Notes under the pieces: model-generated | What the model was told of the DNA's origin: nothing | Database searches by the model: none | What the model saw: only the letters and a program-made list of their open reading frames with translations | Source: a bacterium | Lineage (GTDB): Bacteria; UBA8248 | Assembly: GCA_965213685.1 (NCBI GenBank) | Contig: CBDBZY010000029.1 | Coordinates: forward strand, 1 to 64,000 | Reading direction: 5' to 3' | Length of the DNA stretch: 64,000 nt | Shown: positions 38,493 through 47,611 of the stretch, piece after piece | Numbering within the stretch: the first letter of the stretch is position 1 | Layout of the letters: the number at the start of each line of letters is the position of its first letter | Position numbers and translations under genes: made by a program

Positions 38493-39664
38493 AACCCCGC
38501 CTTCTCGATCCGCGCGAGCGCCTCTCGGAGCCTGGCTTCCGGGACCGTCAAGGCCAGGCGCACATATCCCTCGCCCGAGGGGCCGAAACCGTTGCCGGGC
38601 GTCGTGACAACCCCGCAATTTCTCAGAATATGCGCCGTGAACTCGCTCGACGTGAAGCCGTCCGGACACTTTACCCACACATAGAACGTGGCCTTCGGCG
38701 TGGCCGCCTCCAACCCGAGCTTCCGCAAGCCGTCCATCACCACGTCCCGCCTGCCCTGATATATCCTGCGCATCTCGGCCACGCAGCCCTGGTCCGCGCC
38801 CATCGCCTCGATGCCGGCCTCCTGCACCGCGCCGAACACGCCGGAATCCACGTTCGTCTTGACGGCGCCCAGGCCGGCGATGGCCTCCGCGTTCCCCACC
38901 GCGCACGCGATGCGCCAGCCGGTCATGTTGTAGGTCTTCGAGCAGGAGTGGAACTCGACGCCCACCTCCTTGGCGCCGTCGGCGCTCAGGAAGCTGATGG
39001 GTTCATAGCCGTCAAAAGACATTTCCGAATAGGCGTTGTCGCTGCACACGATGATGTCGTACGAACGGGCGAACTCCACGAGTTCGTCGTAGAAGCCCAC
39101 TTCGGCGCAGGCGGCGGTGGGGTTGTTCGGATAGTTGACGAACAACAGCTTGCTGCTTCTCGCCACCTCCGATGGAATCGCGCCCAGGTCCGGCAAGAAA
39201 CCGTTCTCCGAGGTGAGCGGCATGAAATGCACCTTCCCGTCCGCGAAGTATGTCCCGATCTCATACACAGGGTACGCCGGGTCGGGAACGAGCGCATAAT
39301 CGCCGGGGTCCACAAACGCCAAAGGCATGTGGGCGATGCCCTCCTTGGAGCCGATCAGGGAGACCACCTCGGCGCCCGGGTCGAGGGAAACCCCGAATCG
39401 CGACTGGTACCAATCGGCGCAGGCTTTGCGATAGCTGGGCATCCCCTCGTAGGAGGGATACTGATGATTCGAGATTTTCCGCGCAGCCGCATCGAGCGCC
39501 TCGATGATGTGGTCGGGAGTCGGCAAATCCGGATCCCCGACGCCCAGGCTGATGATGTCCATGCCCGTATCGGCGACCTCCTGCTTCATCCTGTCGATTT
39601 CCGCGAAGAGATAGGGGGGCAAGCGCTTCAGGCGCTGCGCGCGTTCGATATGGATTGACGCCAT
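38489..39664 (-). CDS. dapL: LL-diaminopimelate aminotransferase (DapL2-type)
   Basis: LPPYLFAEID, LGVGDPD, GSKEG, NYPNNPT, DNAY and SKTYNMTGWR motifs; lies near dapB, dapF and lysA. Confidence 0.88.
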   Translation of the reverse strand: MASIHIERAQRLKRLPPYLFAEIDRMKQEVADTGMDIISLGVGDPDLPTPDHIIEALDAAARKISNHQYPSYEGMPSYRKACADWYQSRFGVSLDPGAEVVSLIGSKEGIAHMPLAFVDPGDYALVPDPAYPVYEIGTYFADGKVHFMPLTSENGFLPDLGAIPSEVARSSKLLFVNYPNNPTAACAEVGFYDELVEFARSYDIIVCSDNAYSEMSFDGYEPISFLSADGAKEVGVEFHSCSKTYNMTGWRIACAVGNAEAIAGLGAVKTNVDSGVFGAVQEAGIEAMGADQGCVAEMRRIYQGRRDVVMDGLRKLGLEAATPKATFYVWVKCPDGFTSSEFTAHILRNCGVVTTPGNGFGPSGEGYVRLALTVPEARLREALARIEKAGF

Positions 39665-39921
39665 GAAATTCCTCAAAAATGATGATGAACAGAAACCGGG
39701 AGGGCCATCATCTAGGCCGGCCTCCATGATTTGCATGCTGCTTCCCGGCACAGCCGATCAAACGCCGCCGACGACTCCAGCGTCCCCGGCGGGTTTTCCC
39801 GCTCCGTGCGAGGGGAGAACCTAACACGCCCCGAGAAATGCGGCAAGGCTCTCCCCCGGTGCGCGCAAAAACCGGGCGCAAACGCCCTGAAACTTCTTTT
39901 GAAAGATGAACGATCATATTT

Positions 39922-39934
39922 TAATTATTTGATA
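39922..39934 (-). promoter_or_regulatory. IHF consensus site in an AT-rich divergent intergenic region
   Basis: The minus strand reads TATCAAATAATTA, an exact match to WATCAANNNNTTR. Confidence 0.45.
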
Positions 39935-40100
39935 TATTCGGTGTTACAATTCAAACACTTTGCGCTTTCACGTTCTTCCTCCCCGTCTTGTGTTTTCGCC
40001 CCCGAAAGTGGTAGCATGTTCCCGCTGGGGAGAACGCCTTGGGGAGGCGAATGACCCCATACTGCCCGAACTTTACCTGGACCTGGAGGAGTGTGCTCCG

Positions 40101-41069
40101 ATGACCCACGTCATCGCTGAACCATGCGTCGGCACGAAAGACACCGCCTGCGTGGACGTATGCCCGGTGGACTGCATCCATGAGGCCGCGGACGGCTCAA
40201 GCCCCATGCTGTACATCGACCCCGACGAATGCATCGACTGCGCGGCCTGCGTCCCGGCCTGTCCGGTGGACGCCATTTTCGCGGAAGGCGACCTGCCCTC
40301 CAAGTGGAGCAAATACACGCAGATGAACGCGGATTTCTTCGCGGGCGGCGGCGTCGCCACAGGCGCGCCGGCGGGGGGCGGGGCACCGGCCGCCGCGCCG
40401 GCGAAAAAGAAGAAGGCGGAGCCGGAGCCCGAGCCCCTGCCCGAGCCTTTGGAGCTCACGTCCGAGGAGATGTACAAGCAACTCTCCGACCTCAGGAAGG
40501 ACGTGGCGCTGAACAGAGGAAAGGGAGAGGATACGGGCGCGGCGAGAAGGTCGCCCGGCCTCGTCTTCCTGGCCGCCGCCGTGATACTGCTGGTGGTGTA
40601 CGGCATCTCCAACAACTTCTCGAAAACCGTCAACACCAGCCTCTACGGGAAGCTGAGCGCCTTTGCGTTGGGAAGCGAAAAACCCACCCTCTCCGGCAGC
40701 ATCTATACCGTCAACCGAACGATCGGGGGCAAGCGATATACCCTCCTGGTGTCCGACTCGATTTTCGGCGGGCGCACCCTGCGGCTGCAGGCGCCGACCA
40801 ACCCGATTCAGAAGATATACCACGAGGACGAGCAGTTCTTCTCCAACGCATCGAACCAATACAGCCGCTACTACCATCTGTACATTGACGACAAGAGCGA
40901 TGGAACGGTGGACTCCATCCTCCAGGTTCGGGAAATCTGGAGCAGGGAGAACCGCTTTCTGGGCCGATACCACAACCCGATTGCGCCAAGCCCGGAATTG
41001 CAGCGATCCTACCAGGAGGCCGCGAAAACGGTTGCGGAGCAGATCGGGATCACGGGATCAGGCGCCTAG
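40101..41069 (+). CDS. 7Fe (FdxA-type) ferredoxin fused to a linker, a TM helix and an unknown C-terminal domain
   Basis: MTHVIAEPCVGTKDTACVDVCPVDCIH...IDPDECIDCAACVPACPVDAI; Ala/Gly/Pro/Glu linker; TM LVFLAAAVILLVVYGI; ~150 aa C-terminal domain; RBS GGAGGA. Confidence 0.85.
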   Translation: MTHVIAEPCVGTKDTACVDVCPVDCIHEAADGSSPMLYIDPDECIDCAACVPACPVDAIFAEGDLPSKWSKYTQMNADFFAGGGVATGAPAGGGAPAAAPAKKKKAEPEPEPLPEPLELTSEEMYKQLSDLRKDVALNRGKGEDTGAARRSPGLVFLAAAVILLVVYGISNNFSKTVNTSLYGKLSAFALGSEKPTLSGSIYTVNRTIGGKRYTLLVSDSIFGGRTLRLQAPTNPIQKIYHEDEQFFSNASNQYSRYYHLYIDDKSDGTVDSILQVREIWSRENRFLGRYHNPIAPSPELQRSYQEAAKTVAEQIGITGSGA

Positions 41070-41115
41070 AGCGCGAAGCACGAGGAAACCCGGGCACCGG
41101 AAACATCTTCCGCCG

Positions 41116-41637
41116 CTAGAAATCGACCTTGTCCGCCTCGTCGGTCTCCGGAAAAGGCCCCTCCTTGATTTCGATGGCCCGGGTCCCCTCCTCCAGGAAT
41201 TCGATGCGGTGCCCCTCGTACATGAGGATCAAATCGCCGGGCGCCAAGGCCACGTCGGCGACGTGCTCCCCCTCTTTCGCATACACCCCGATGCGCATTT
41301 TCCCGGAGCGGCAGAGCATGATCTGGTGGCGCGTCGCGTTCGTGGGCCGCTCGGTCACCTCGTGGTAGTGCGGCTTCACCACGGCGCCCGGGTTTCTGTT
41401 CAGCATGACGATTTGGAGCGGATGCTCATCCGGCGTCATGTGGGCCTTGGTTCTCCTCTCCGTCTCCGGGTCCGCTCCGGCGTAGGCCTGCGCCAGATGG
41501 GCGCGCTCTGCCTCTGAGTCCAGGAACGGGGGAAACGCCCCGTAGTCATCGAAATGATCCCGGATGATGAGCGCCAGCGTCCTGCCATCCGCAGCCCGCA
41601 CATACTCGACGCCGGCCGCTTCGATCTCCCGCGCCAT
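41116..41637 (-). CDS. Cupin-fold protein
   Basis: KPHYH...HQ.MLCRSG and LAPGDLIL..GHRIEF..EIKEGP cupin motifs. Confidence 0.75.
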   Translation of the reverse strand: MAREIEAAGVEYVRAADGRTLALIIRDHFDDYGAFPPFLDSEAERAHLAQAYAGADPETERRTKAHMTPDEHPLQIVMLNRNPGAVVKPHYHEVTERPTNATRHQIMLCRSGKMRIGVYAKEGEHVADVALAPGDLILMYEGHRIEFLEEGTRAIEIKEGPFPETDEADKVDF

Positions 41638-41718
41638 TCCCGCATCTCCTTCCCGTGTTGTGCCCGTGTCGTGGACCTGCCGATAGACTATATCCTCATC
41701 TTCCTTATTCCTTTCGTA

Positions 41719-42516
41719 TTAAAGTCCCAGCACCTCCGCCATGCCGTATAGGCCGGCGGGCTTGCCGAACACCCATCGCACCGCGCGAATCGCACCGGCC
41801 GCAAAGTTGTCCCGGCTCCCCGCCCTGTGGGTGATCTCCACCCGCTCGCCCATTCCGAAGAAATACACCGTGTGCTCCCCGGGGACGTCGCCGCCGCGCA
41901 GCGTCTGCATCCCGATGGCACCCGGCGGGCGTTTTCCGGTCTGCCCCTCGCGGTGAAAAACCGCGTCCCGGGGATAGCCTCCGCCGGTCGCGCTCGCCAG
42001 AATCTCGCCCATGCGCACCGCCGTCCCCGAGGGCGCGTCCACCTTCTGGTTGTGGTGCACCTCCATCACCTCGATGTCGTAGCCCGCGCCGAGGAGCCTG
42101 GCCGCCTCCTCTATCAGACGAAAGGCGACGTTCACCCCCACGCTCATGTTGGGCGCGACGACGCAGGCGGTTCTCTCGCCCAGGCCCGCGATTTCCTCGC
42201 GCTGCGCATCGCTGAAGCCGGTGGTGCCGACGACGGCGGCCATCCCCTTCTCCGTCGCCAGGCGCAGGTGGGCGACGCTCGCCTCCGGAACGGCGAAGGA
42301 GACCAGGACGTCGCCGGTCAACGAGGCCGGATCGGAGGTGAGGGGGACGCCCAGCTCCCCCAGGCCGGCGCGCCGGCCTGCGTCCTCTCCCAACCCCTCG
42401 AATCCCGCGCGCTCGAGCGCACCCGAGAGAGAGAGGTCGTCCGCCGCGGCGATCTGGTGGACGATGCGGCCCCCCATCCTTCCGCCGGCTCCGGCCACGA
42501 CAATTCGTATGGACAC
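41719..42516 (-). CDS. dapB: 4-hydroxy-tetrahydrodipicolinate reductase
   Basis: GAGGRMG, GTTG, NMSVGVN, EVHHNQKVDAPSGTA and GEHTV motifs; GTG start after AAGGGG. Confidence 0.97.
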   Translation of the reverse strand: MSIRIVVAGAGGRMGGRIVHQIAAADDLSLSGALERAGFEGLGEDAGRRAGLGELGVPLTSDPASLTGDVLVSFAVPEASVAHLRLATEKGMAAVVGTTGFSDAQREEIAGLGERTACVVAPNMSVGVNVAFRLIEEAARLLGAGYDIEVMEVHHNQKVDAPSGTAVRMGEILASATGGGYPRDAVFHREGQTGKRPPGAIGMQTLRGGDVPGEHTVYFFGMGERVEITHRAGSRDNFAAGAIRAVRWVFGKPAGLYGMAEVLGL

Positions 42517-42686
42517 GGGATTCCCCTTATGTAGAAAGGAAAACAAGTCGTTGATCGTGCGGGGCATGATACGCTTCTCGCCCGAAAATGGGAACCTGCC
42601 GACGTCATAATGGGCAGGAGACAAGAGAAAGCGGGAGCACATCTGCTCCAGGGCCGGGCGTTTGATAATTTTGATAATATAGGGCG

Positions 42687-43319
42687 ATGAACATGCGCAC
42701 CCTCGCGATACAAACATGGGGATTTGGCCTTTTGGAAGTCCCGGCGGAAGGACAGGAAGAATCTTTGTGGGTCAAACGCTGCCAGAACGGGGACAAGGAC
42801 GCCTTTGAGCCTCTCGTCCGTCAGAATGCCGGGAAAATCCAGCGCCTCGTGTGGGGGATGCTTGGCGAGCGAAGAGAGGACGCGGACGACATCGTCCAGG
42901 AGATATTCCTCAAAGCGTATATCGCCCTCCCCAAATTCAAGGGGGAGGCCAGGTTTTCCACCTGGCTATACCGCATCGCGGTCAACCATTGCCGCGACCA
43001 TCTGAGGCGCAGCGCGCCCCTGCCGGTAGCACTCGCCGAGGATCAACTCGCCGGGAGCGCTTCGCCAGAAGACGCGGAGCGCGAGCGCCGGCTGCAGCGG
43101 AGGCAGGAGAAGCGCGCGAGCGAGGCGCTGCAAAAACTCTTGTCGCGATTGCCGGAGAAGCATCGCCGCATCCTCGTGATGCGCGAGCTGGAGGGAATGA
43201 GCTACGAGGAGATTGGCGACGTCCTGCAGATTCGGCCCGGCACGGTGCGCTCGAGGCTGAACCGCGCGCGCGCGGGCCTGTTGCGGGTGGCGGCGCAGAA
43301 CGACCGGGGGGAGAGGTGA
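42687..43319 (+). CDS. ECF (RpoE-like) sigma factor (start may be downstream)
   Basis: DADDIVQEIF, FSTWLYRIAVN, GMSYEEI and GTVRSRLNRAR motifs. Confidence 0.93.
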   Translation: MNMRTLAIQTWGFGLLEVPAEGQEESLWVKRCQNGDKDAFEPLVRQNAGKIQRLVWGMLGERREDADDIVQEIFLKAYIALPKFKGEARFSTWLYRIAVNHCRDHLRRSAPLPVALAEDQLAGSASPEDAERERRLQRRQEKRASEALQKLLSRLPEKHRRILVMRELEGMSYEEIGDVLQIRPGTVRSRLNRARAGLLRVAAQNDRGER

Positions 43320-43807
43320 TGGAAGCGTGGTGGAAGCGGATGCTCGAGCGACGCCGCAACGCCCGGGGCTGGGATGCGCCCCGGCAGGAAAACGGGACGG
43401 TCGCCGGGCTCCGGTCCCTGTTCGAGGCCGCGCGCGACGACGCTCCCGCACCGGATGGGAAGCTGTGGGAGAAGCTGCGGCCCAGGCTCGCCGCCCATGA
43501 CGAGACTGCGGTCCGCCATTCCCTGCCTTTCGTCACGACGCTGGCCACGACGGGGCCCCGGCTCGCCGTCGGCGCACTGGGAGTCCTGCTCCTGGCCGCA
43601 GGCCTGTTCTGGATACAAGGGACGGAGAGGCGGGCGCGGGTCTCGCCTCTTCCGACGAATTGGACGCCCAGCCTGGACAATCCGCTGAACCCCCTCAATC
43701 CCCTGCAGGCGATCGGCCACGGCCTGGAGACGCAAACGGGCCAGGAGCTGTTGCGATACGTCGCCTACGGATCGCCTGATCGCGAGACTGCGAGACAGAG
43801 ACGATGA
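43319..43807 (+). CDS. Putative single-TM anti-sigma factor
   Basis: ATG overlaps the sigma stop (TGATG); one TM helix LAVGALGVLLLAAGLFWI; positional inference. Confidence 0.65.
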   Translation: MEAWWKRMLERRRNARGWDAPRQENGTVAGLRSLFEAARDDAPAPDGKLWEKLRPRLAAHDETAVRHSLPFVTTLATTGPRLAVGALGVLLLAAGLFWIQGTERRARVSPLPTNWTPSLDNPLNPLNPLQAIGHGLETQTGQELLRYVAYGSPDRETARQRR

Positions 43808-44280
43808 AAATCTGGTTCACCAGAGAATTCCTGAAGGCGTCGGCCGTCCTCCTCGTCGTGTTCACGGCGGGGGCCGGCACCGGCTATATCGGCGGGCGCA
43901 AATACGCCGAATACAGGCTCCTCAAAGACACCCGAGCCTTCTCGGCGCGGGAGGCCCGCTCCCGCCGGGGCAAATACGGGAGGCGCTTCATGCGCAGGCT
44001 GGAGCGGGACCTGAACCTGAACCCCGGGCAGCGGGAGAGCGTGAACCGCACGCTCCAGCGTCACCATGCGCGAATCCGGGAGATCAGAAACCGGATGGCG
44101 CCCCAGATGAAAGCCATCATGCGGGAGGTGCGCAAGGACGTGCGCTCGCTCCTCGACGACGACCAAAAGGTATCGTTCGACCGCATCGTCAAAACGTTTG
44201 AGGAAAGACGCAAGAGGAGGTGGAGAAAATCCGGAAGGCGCCATTCGGGCGCCCCGGCAGATCGGACGGAGAAGCCGTGA
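43804..44280 (+). CDS. Periplasmic Spy/CpxP/ZraP-like helical protein with N-terminal anchor
   Basis: TM LLVVFTAGAGTG; LNLNPGQ and LDDDQ (LTxxQ-like) motifs. Confidence 0.7.
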   Translation: MKIWFTREFLKASAVLLVVFTAGAGTGYIGGRKYAEYRLLKDTRAFSAREARSRRGKYGRRFMRRLERDLNLNPGQRESVNRTLQRHHARIREIRNRMAPQMKAIMREVRKDVRSLLDDDQKVSFDRIVKTFEERRKRRWRKSGRRHSGAPADRTEKP

Positions 44281-44353
44281 CTCCGTGCACAATCCGCAGG
44301 CAACAGATAAGCCGCCGCCAGAGTGAAACACAGCCGCCACACGAGAGAGGAGC

Positions 44354-44962
44354 ATGAACATGAGATTCTCAAAACGCCGCACCCTGTCGACAGCCGTCAT
44401 AGCCGCCGGGCTCGGCCTGGGCATCGCCGGTGCGTCCTGGGCCGCCAGCAACGATTCGCCGGGAGACGTGATGGCGGATTTCTCCAAAATCATGAAGGAC
44501 ATGATGAGGGACACCCATTTCGGACGGCATCGCGGAGCGCACCGCAAGCCTCCGCTGGCGGCGCGCCCGCTCGTTTCCATCGCGCTGCGAAACCATGAAA
44601 AGCTCCAGCTCACCGACTCCCAGGTGAAGCGTCTCAAGGACATCCGGGACGCTTTCTCCAAAAAGGCGGTCAAGCAAAGGGCGGAGATGAAAGCCGGCAG
44701 AATCGACCTCAGACGCGCCCTGGACGTCGAGAAAATCGACTTCGCCGACGTGGAGAAGAGGATGCGCGGGATTGCGGACATGCGGGTGAGCCTGAGGCTC
44801 GCGCGCCTTCGGGCGATTCAGGAGGGCAAGGCCGTCCTGAGCGATGCGCAGCAAAAACAGCTGGTAAAAATCGCTCGCGAGCGCCGTGGCCACGGATTCC
44901 ACAGGCAGATGTTCCGGGGCCGGGGACAGGGCGACGGGGGGAACCGCCCCCAGACTTACTAG
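44354..44962 (+). CDS. Spy/CpxP-family periplasmic chaperone
   Basis: Signal peptide (ASWA), Met/His-rich N-terminus, LQLTDSQ and VLSDAQ motifs. Confidence 0.82.
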   Translation: MNMRFSKRRTLSTAVIAAGLGLGIAGASWAASNDSPGDVMADFSKIMKDMMRDTHFGRHRGAHRKPPLAARPLVSIALRNHEKLQLTDSQVKRLKDIRDAFSKKAVKQRAEMKAGRIDLRRALDVEKIDFADVEKRMRGIADMRVSLRLARLRAIQEGKAVLSDAQQKQLVKIARERRGHGFHRQMFRGRGQGDGGNRPQTY

Positions 44963-45186
44963 TTCGCCAGGAACCATCTCCTCCGGCCCCCTGTGCGGCA
45001 TGGCGTGAAAAGCCGCGCCACAGGGGGCCGGGGGCATCCTGATGAGAGAGGCCATGTGGATTTTGGGATATGAGATATACGCGGACTATGACTTGCTCGA
45101 TCTCGCCCTGACGGCCGCCATCCTCGCGTCCTCCGGGGCGGTGTGCGGGCTCCTGCGAAAACTCGCGCACGACGACTTGCCGGGCG

Positions 45187-45297
45187 TGGGCACATCCGAG
45201 CGCTATCGATGATCCCCAAAGACCGCATCTGCCGCCGCCGGAGCATAGGACGCCAGATGGGCACATCCGAGCGCTCGCTATTGATGATCCCCAAAGA
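45187..45297. repeat. Imperfect direct repeat pair (36 and 40 nt) with a 35-nt spacer
   Basis: TGGGCACATCCGAGCGCTATCGATGATCCCCAAAGA (45187-45222) and TGGGCACATCCGAGCGCTCGCTATTGATGATCCCCAAAGA (45258-45297). Confidence 0.85.
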
Positions 45298-45328
45298 GCC
45301 GGGCAGAGGCGAACTCTCCCCGGCTTTT
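45293..45328. terminator. Probable bidirectional intrinsic terminator between convergent genes
   Basis: AAAGAGCCGGG-CAGAG-GCGAA-CTCT-CCCCGGCTTTT hairpin, with A-rich and T-rich flanks. Confidence 0.5.
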
Positions 45329-45342
45329 CGGCTTTCGGCGGC

Positions 45343-46170
45343 TCAAAGCAACGCCTCTTCCGTCATCTCTCCGCGATAGACGAGCCTGGCCTCCCCCTCC
45401 ATATACACGTCGCGCGCCTCCGCGCCTCCGCCCTCGAAGTAGATTTTCAGTATCTCCCCGCTGCGCACCCGCACGTCCACGGGCGCGGCGAGAAGGCCGC
45501 GCGCGGCGGCGAGCACGGCGGCAGCCACGGCGCCTGTGCCGCAGGCGAGGGTCTCGTTCTCCACCCCGCGCTCATACGTTCTCAAAACCAGGGAATTCCT
45601 TCCGCTCACCTGGGCGAAATTCGCGTTCGCGCCCGCCGGGGCGAACGCTTCGTGGGTCCGAATCGCCCGCCCGTCGGCCACGACGTCGACGCCCTCGACA
45701 TCGTCCACAAACTCCACGGCATGGGGGACGCCGGTGTTCAGTTGATCCAGGAGCGCCTCCCTTCCGTTGACCTGGAGCGGGACGCGCGCGCGGTAATCGA
45801 AGGGGGGCGTCATCCGCAGTTTGACCCTGGAATCGCGCATCGTCGCGTCAATGACGCCTGCGATGGTCTCGAACGACACCGCATCCGTGGCGATGCCCAG
45901 CTCCTGCGCAAAGCGCGCGGCGCAGCGCCCGCCGTTTCCGCACATCTCGCCCTCCGAGCCGTCGGCGTTGAAAAAACGCCACTTGAAATCGGCCCGCTCG
46001 CTCGGCTCGATGAACATCAGCCCATCGGCGCCCACGGACTGTCCCCTGCGACAAACCCTCCGGACGAACCCGATCATCTCGTCGGCCTGGTGCTCGAGGC
46101 TCCGGTTGTCGATAAAGATAAAATCGTTGCCGCTTCCGCTGAGCTTGGTGAACGGGATCGTTTTGCTCAC
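45343..46170 (-). CDS. dapF: Diaminopimelate epimerase
   Basis: GSGNDF, GADG, EMCGNGGRC, GVPH, RTYERGV and TLACGTG motifs. Confidence 0.97.
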   Translation of the reverse strand: MSKTIPFTKLSGSGNDFIFIDNRSLEHQADEMIGFVRRVCRRGQSVGADGLMFIEPSERADFKWRFFNADGSEGEMCGNGGRCAARFAQELGIATDAVSFETIAGVIDATMRDSRVKLRMTPPFDYRARVPLQVNGREALLDQLNTGVPHAVEFVDDVEGVDVVADGRAIRTHEAFAPAGANANFAQVSGRNSLVLRTYERGVENETLACGTGAVAAAVLAAARGLLAAPVDVRVRSGEILKIYFEGGGAEARDVYMEGEARLVYRGEMTEEALL

Positions 46171-47444
46171 GACATCCGCCTCTGTTCGATAAACGCCGGT
46201 ATGTGCTCGCCCCGAATGAGATCCTCATACGTCTCGCGCTCGCGTATCACGTGATAGTCGCCTCCGCGCACGAGAATCTCGGGCGGCCTGGGCCGCGAAT
46301 TGTAGTTCGACGACATGGCGAACCCGTAGGCGCCCGAGCTCATGACGGCCACCAGGTCGCCTCTGTGGAGTTCCGGCAAATCCCGGTCTTTCGCCAGGTA
46401 GTCTCCGCTCTCACATATCGGGCCGACCAGGTCCGTGACGTGCCTCGCCCGCCCCCTGGCCGCCTCCTCCACGGGCCACACGTCCTGGAACGCCTCATAG
46501 AGGCTGGGGCGGATGAGGTCGTTCATTCCGGCGTCGACGATGACGAAGCGTTTCTCGGGGTTCCTCTTCTCATACAGCACCCGCGTGACGAGAACGCCCG
46601 CATTGCCCGTGATGACGCGCCCGGGCTCGAAGATGAGCGTGCACCCCAAATCCTGGAGCCGCGGCAATATGGCCGTCGCGTAGTCTTTCGGCAGGGGCGG
46701 TGCCTCATCGTGATAGGTGATGCCGAGGCCGCCTCCCAGATTCAGGTAGCGGATGTCGCACCCATCCGCGCGCAGCTCGCGCACCAGGTGCGCCACAATT
46801 TCCACCGCATCGGCAAACGGGCCGCTCGTCGTTATCTGGCTGCCGATGTGGCAATGCACGCCGGAGGGCTCGACGCCCTCGAGCCTGGCGGCCTTGCGAT
46901 ACTGCTCCCGTGCCCGGTTGATGTCGATGCCGAACTTGCTCTTCTTCAATCCGGTGGCGATGTAGGGATGGGTCTGGGGGTCGACGTCGGGGTTGACCCG
47001 AATCGCGACCTGCGCCCGCTTGCCCAGGCGGCGCGCCACCGCGCCAATGTTCACCAACTCCTCCTCGCTCTCCACGTTGAACAACAGCACGCCCTGCTCG
47101 AGTGCGAAGGCGATCTCCTCGTCCGACTTGCCGACGCCCGCGAACACGATGCGCTCCGCGGGAATCCCGGCCTTGACCGCCCGAAACAGCTCTCCGCCCG
47201 AGACGATGTCCAGTCCCCCGCCCATCGCGCCGAACAGCCGGAGTATCGCCAGGTTGGAGTTGCTCTTCATGGCAAAGCAAATGAGTCGGGGAACGGAGGA
47301 GAACGCCTCGTCAAACACCCGAAAATGGCGCGAGAGCGTCTCGTGGCTATAGGCGTAAAAAGGCGTGCCCACCTCCTCGGCCAGCTGCGTCAAGGGCACG
47401 TCCTCCGCGCACAGCGCCCCCTCCTTGTACTCAAAGTGGTGCAT
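46167..47444 (-). CDS. lysA: Diaminopimelate decarboxylase
   Basis: FAMKSNSN, SKFG, HCHIGSQ, GGG, EPGR, GPICESGD and MSSNYNSR motifs. Confidence 0.97.
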   Translation of the reverse strand: MHHFEYKEGALCAEDVPLTQLAEEVGTPFYAYSHETLSRHFRVFDEAFSSVPRLICFAMKSNSNLAILRLFGAMGGGLDIVSGGELFRAVKAGIPAERIVFAGVGKSDEEIAFALEQGVLLFNVESEEELVNIGAVARRLGKRAQVAIRVNPDVDPQTHPYIATGLKKSKFGIDINRAREQYRKAARLEGVEPSGVHCHIGSQITTSGPFADAVEIVAHLVRELRADGCDIRYLNLGGGLGITYHDEAPPLPKDYATAILPRLQDLGCTLIFEPGRVITGNAGVLVTRVLYEKRNPEKRFVIVDAGMNDLIRPSLYEAFQDVWPVEEAARGRARHVTDLVGPICESGDYLAKDRDLPELHRGDLVAVMSSGAYGFAMSSNYNSRPRPPEILVRGGDYHVIRERETYEDLIRGEHIPAFIEQRRMS

Positions 47445-47494
47445 TCTTCATCCTCTCTTTCCGAGGCCTCGGGGGAACGGCTTTTGGCGCACCG

Positions 47495-47611
47495 CTACCC
47501 TTTGGCAGCCGCCGCCTCCGGAGGCTTCGGCGGTCCCTTGACGCCACAACCCACGGCCCCCCACGCCAGCGCGGCCATCAGAAGGCTCGCCAGCAGGATT
47601 TTCCGCATCAT
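47495..47611 (-). CDS. Small lipoprotein, LptM/YifL/LppL-like (38 aa)
   Basis: MMRKILLASLLMAALAWGAVG-CGVKGPPKPP: lipobox plus CGxKGP motif, upstream of lysA-dapF. Confidence 0.75.
   Translation of the reverse strand: MMRKILLASLLMAALAWGAVGCGVKGPPKPPEAAAAKG

Noticed and set aside
39725-39750. Sigma54 promoter paired with the IHF site
   Set aside because: Only the GG-N10-GC spacing matches on the minus strand; the TGGCAC/TTGC context is absent.
45187-45297. Bona fide CRISPR array
   Set aside because: Only two imperfect repeats, no cas genes, no AT-rich leader and atypical repeat ends; kept only as a repeat.
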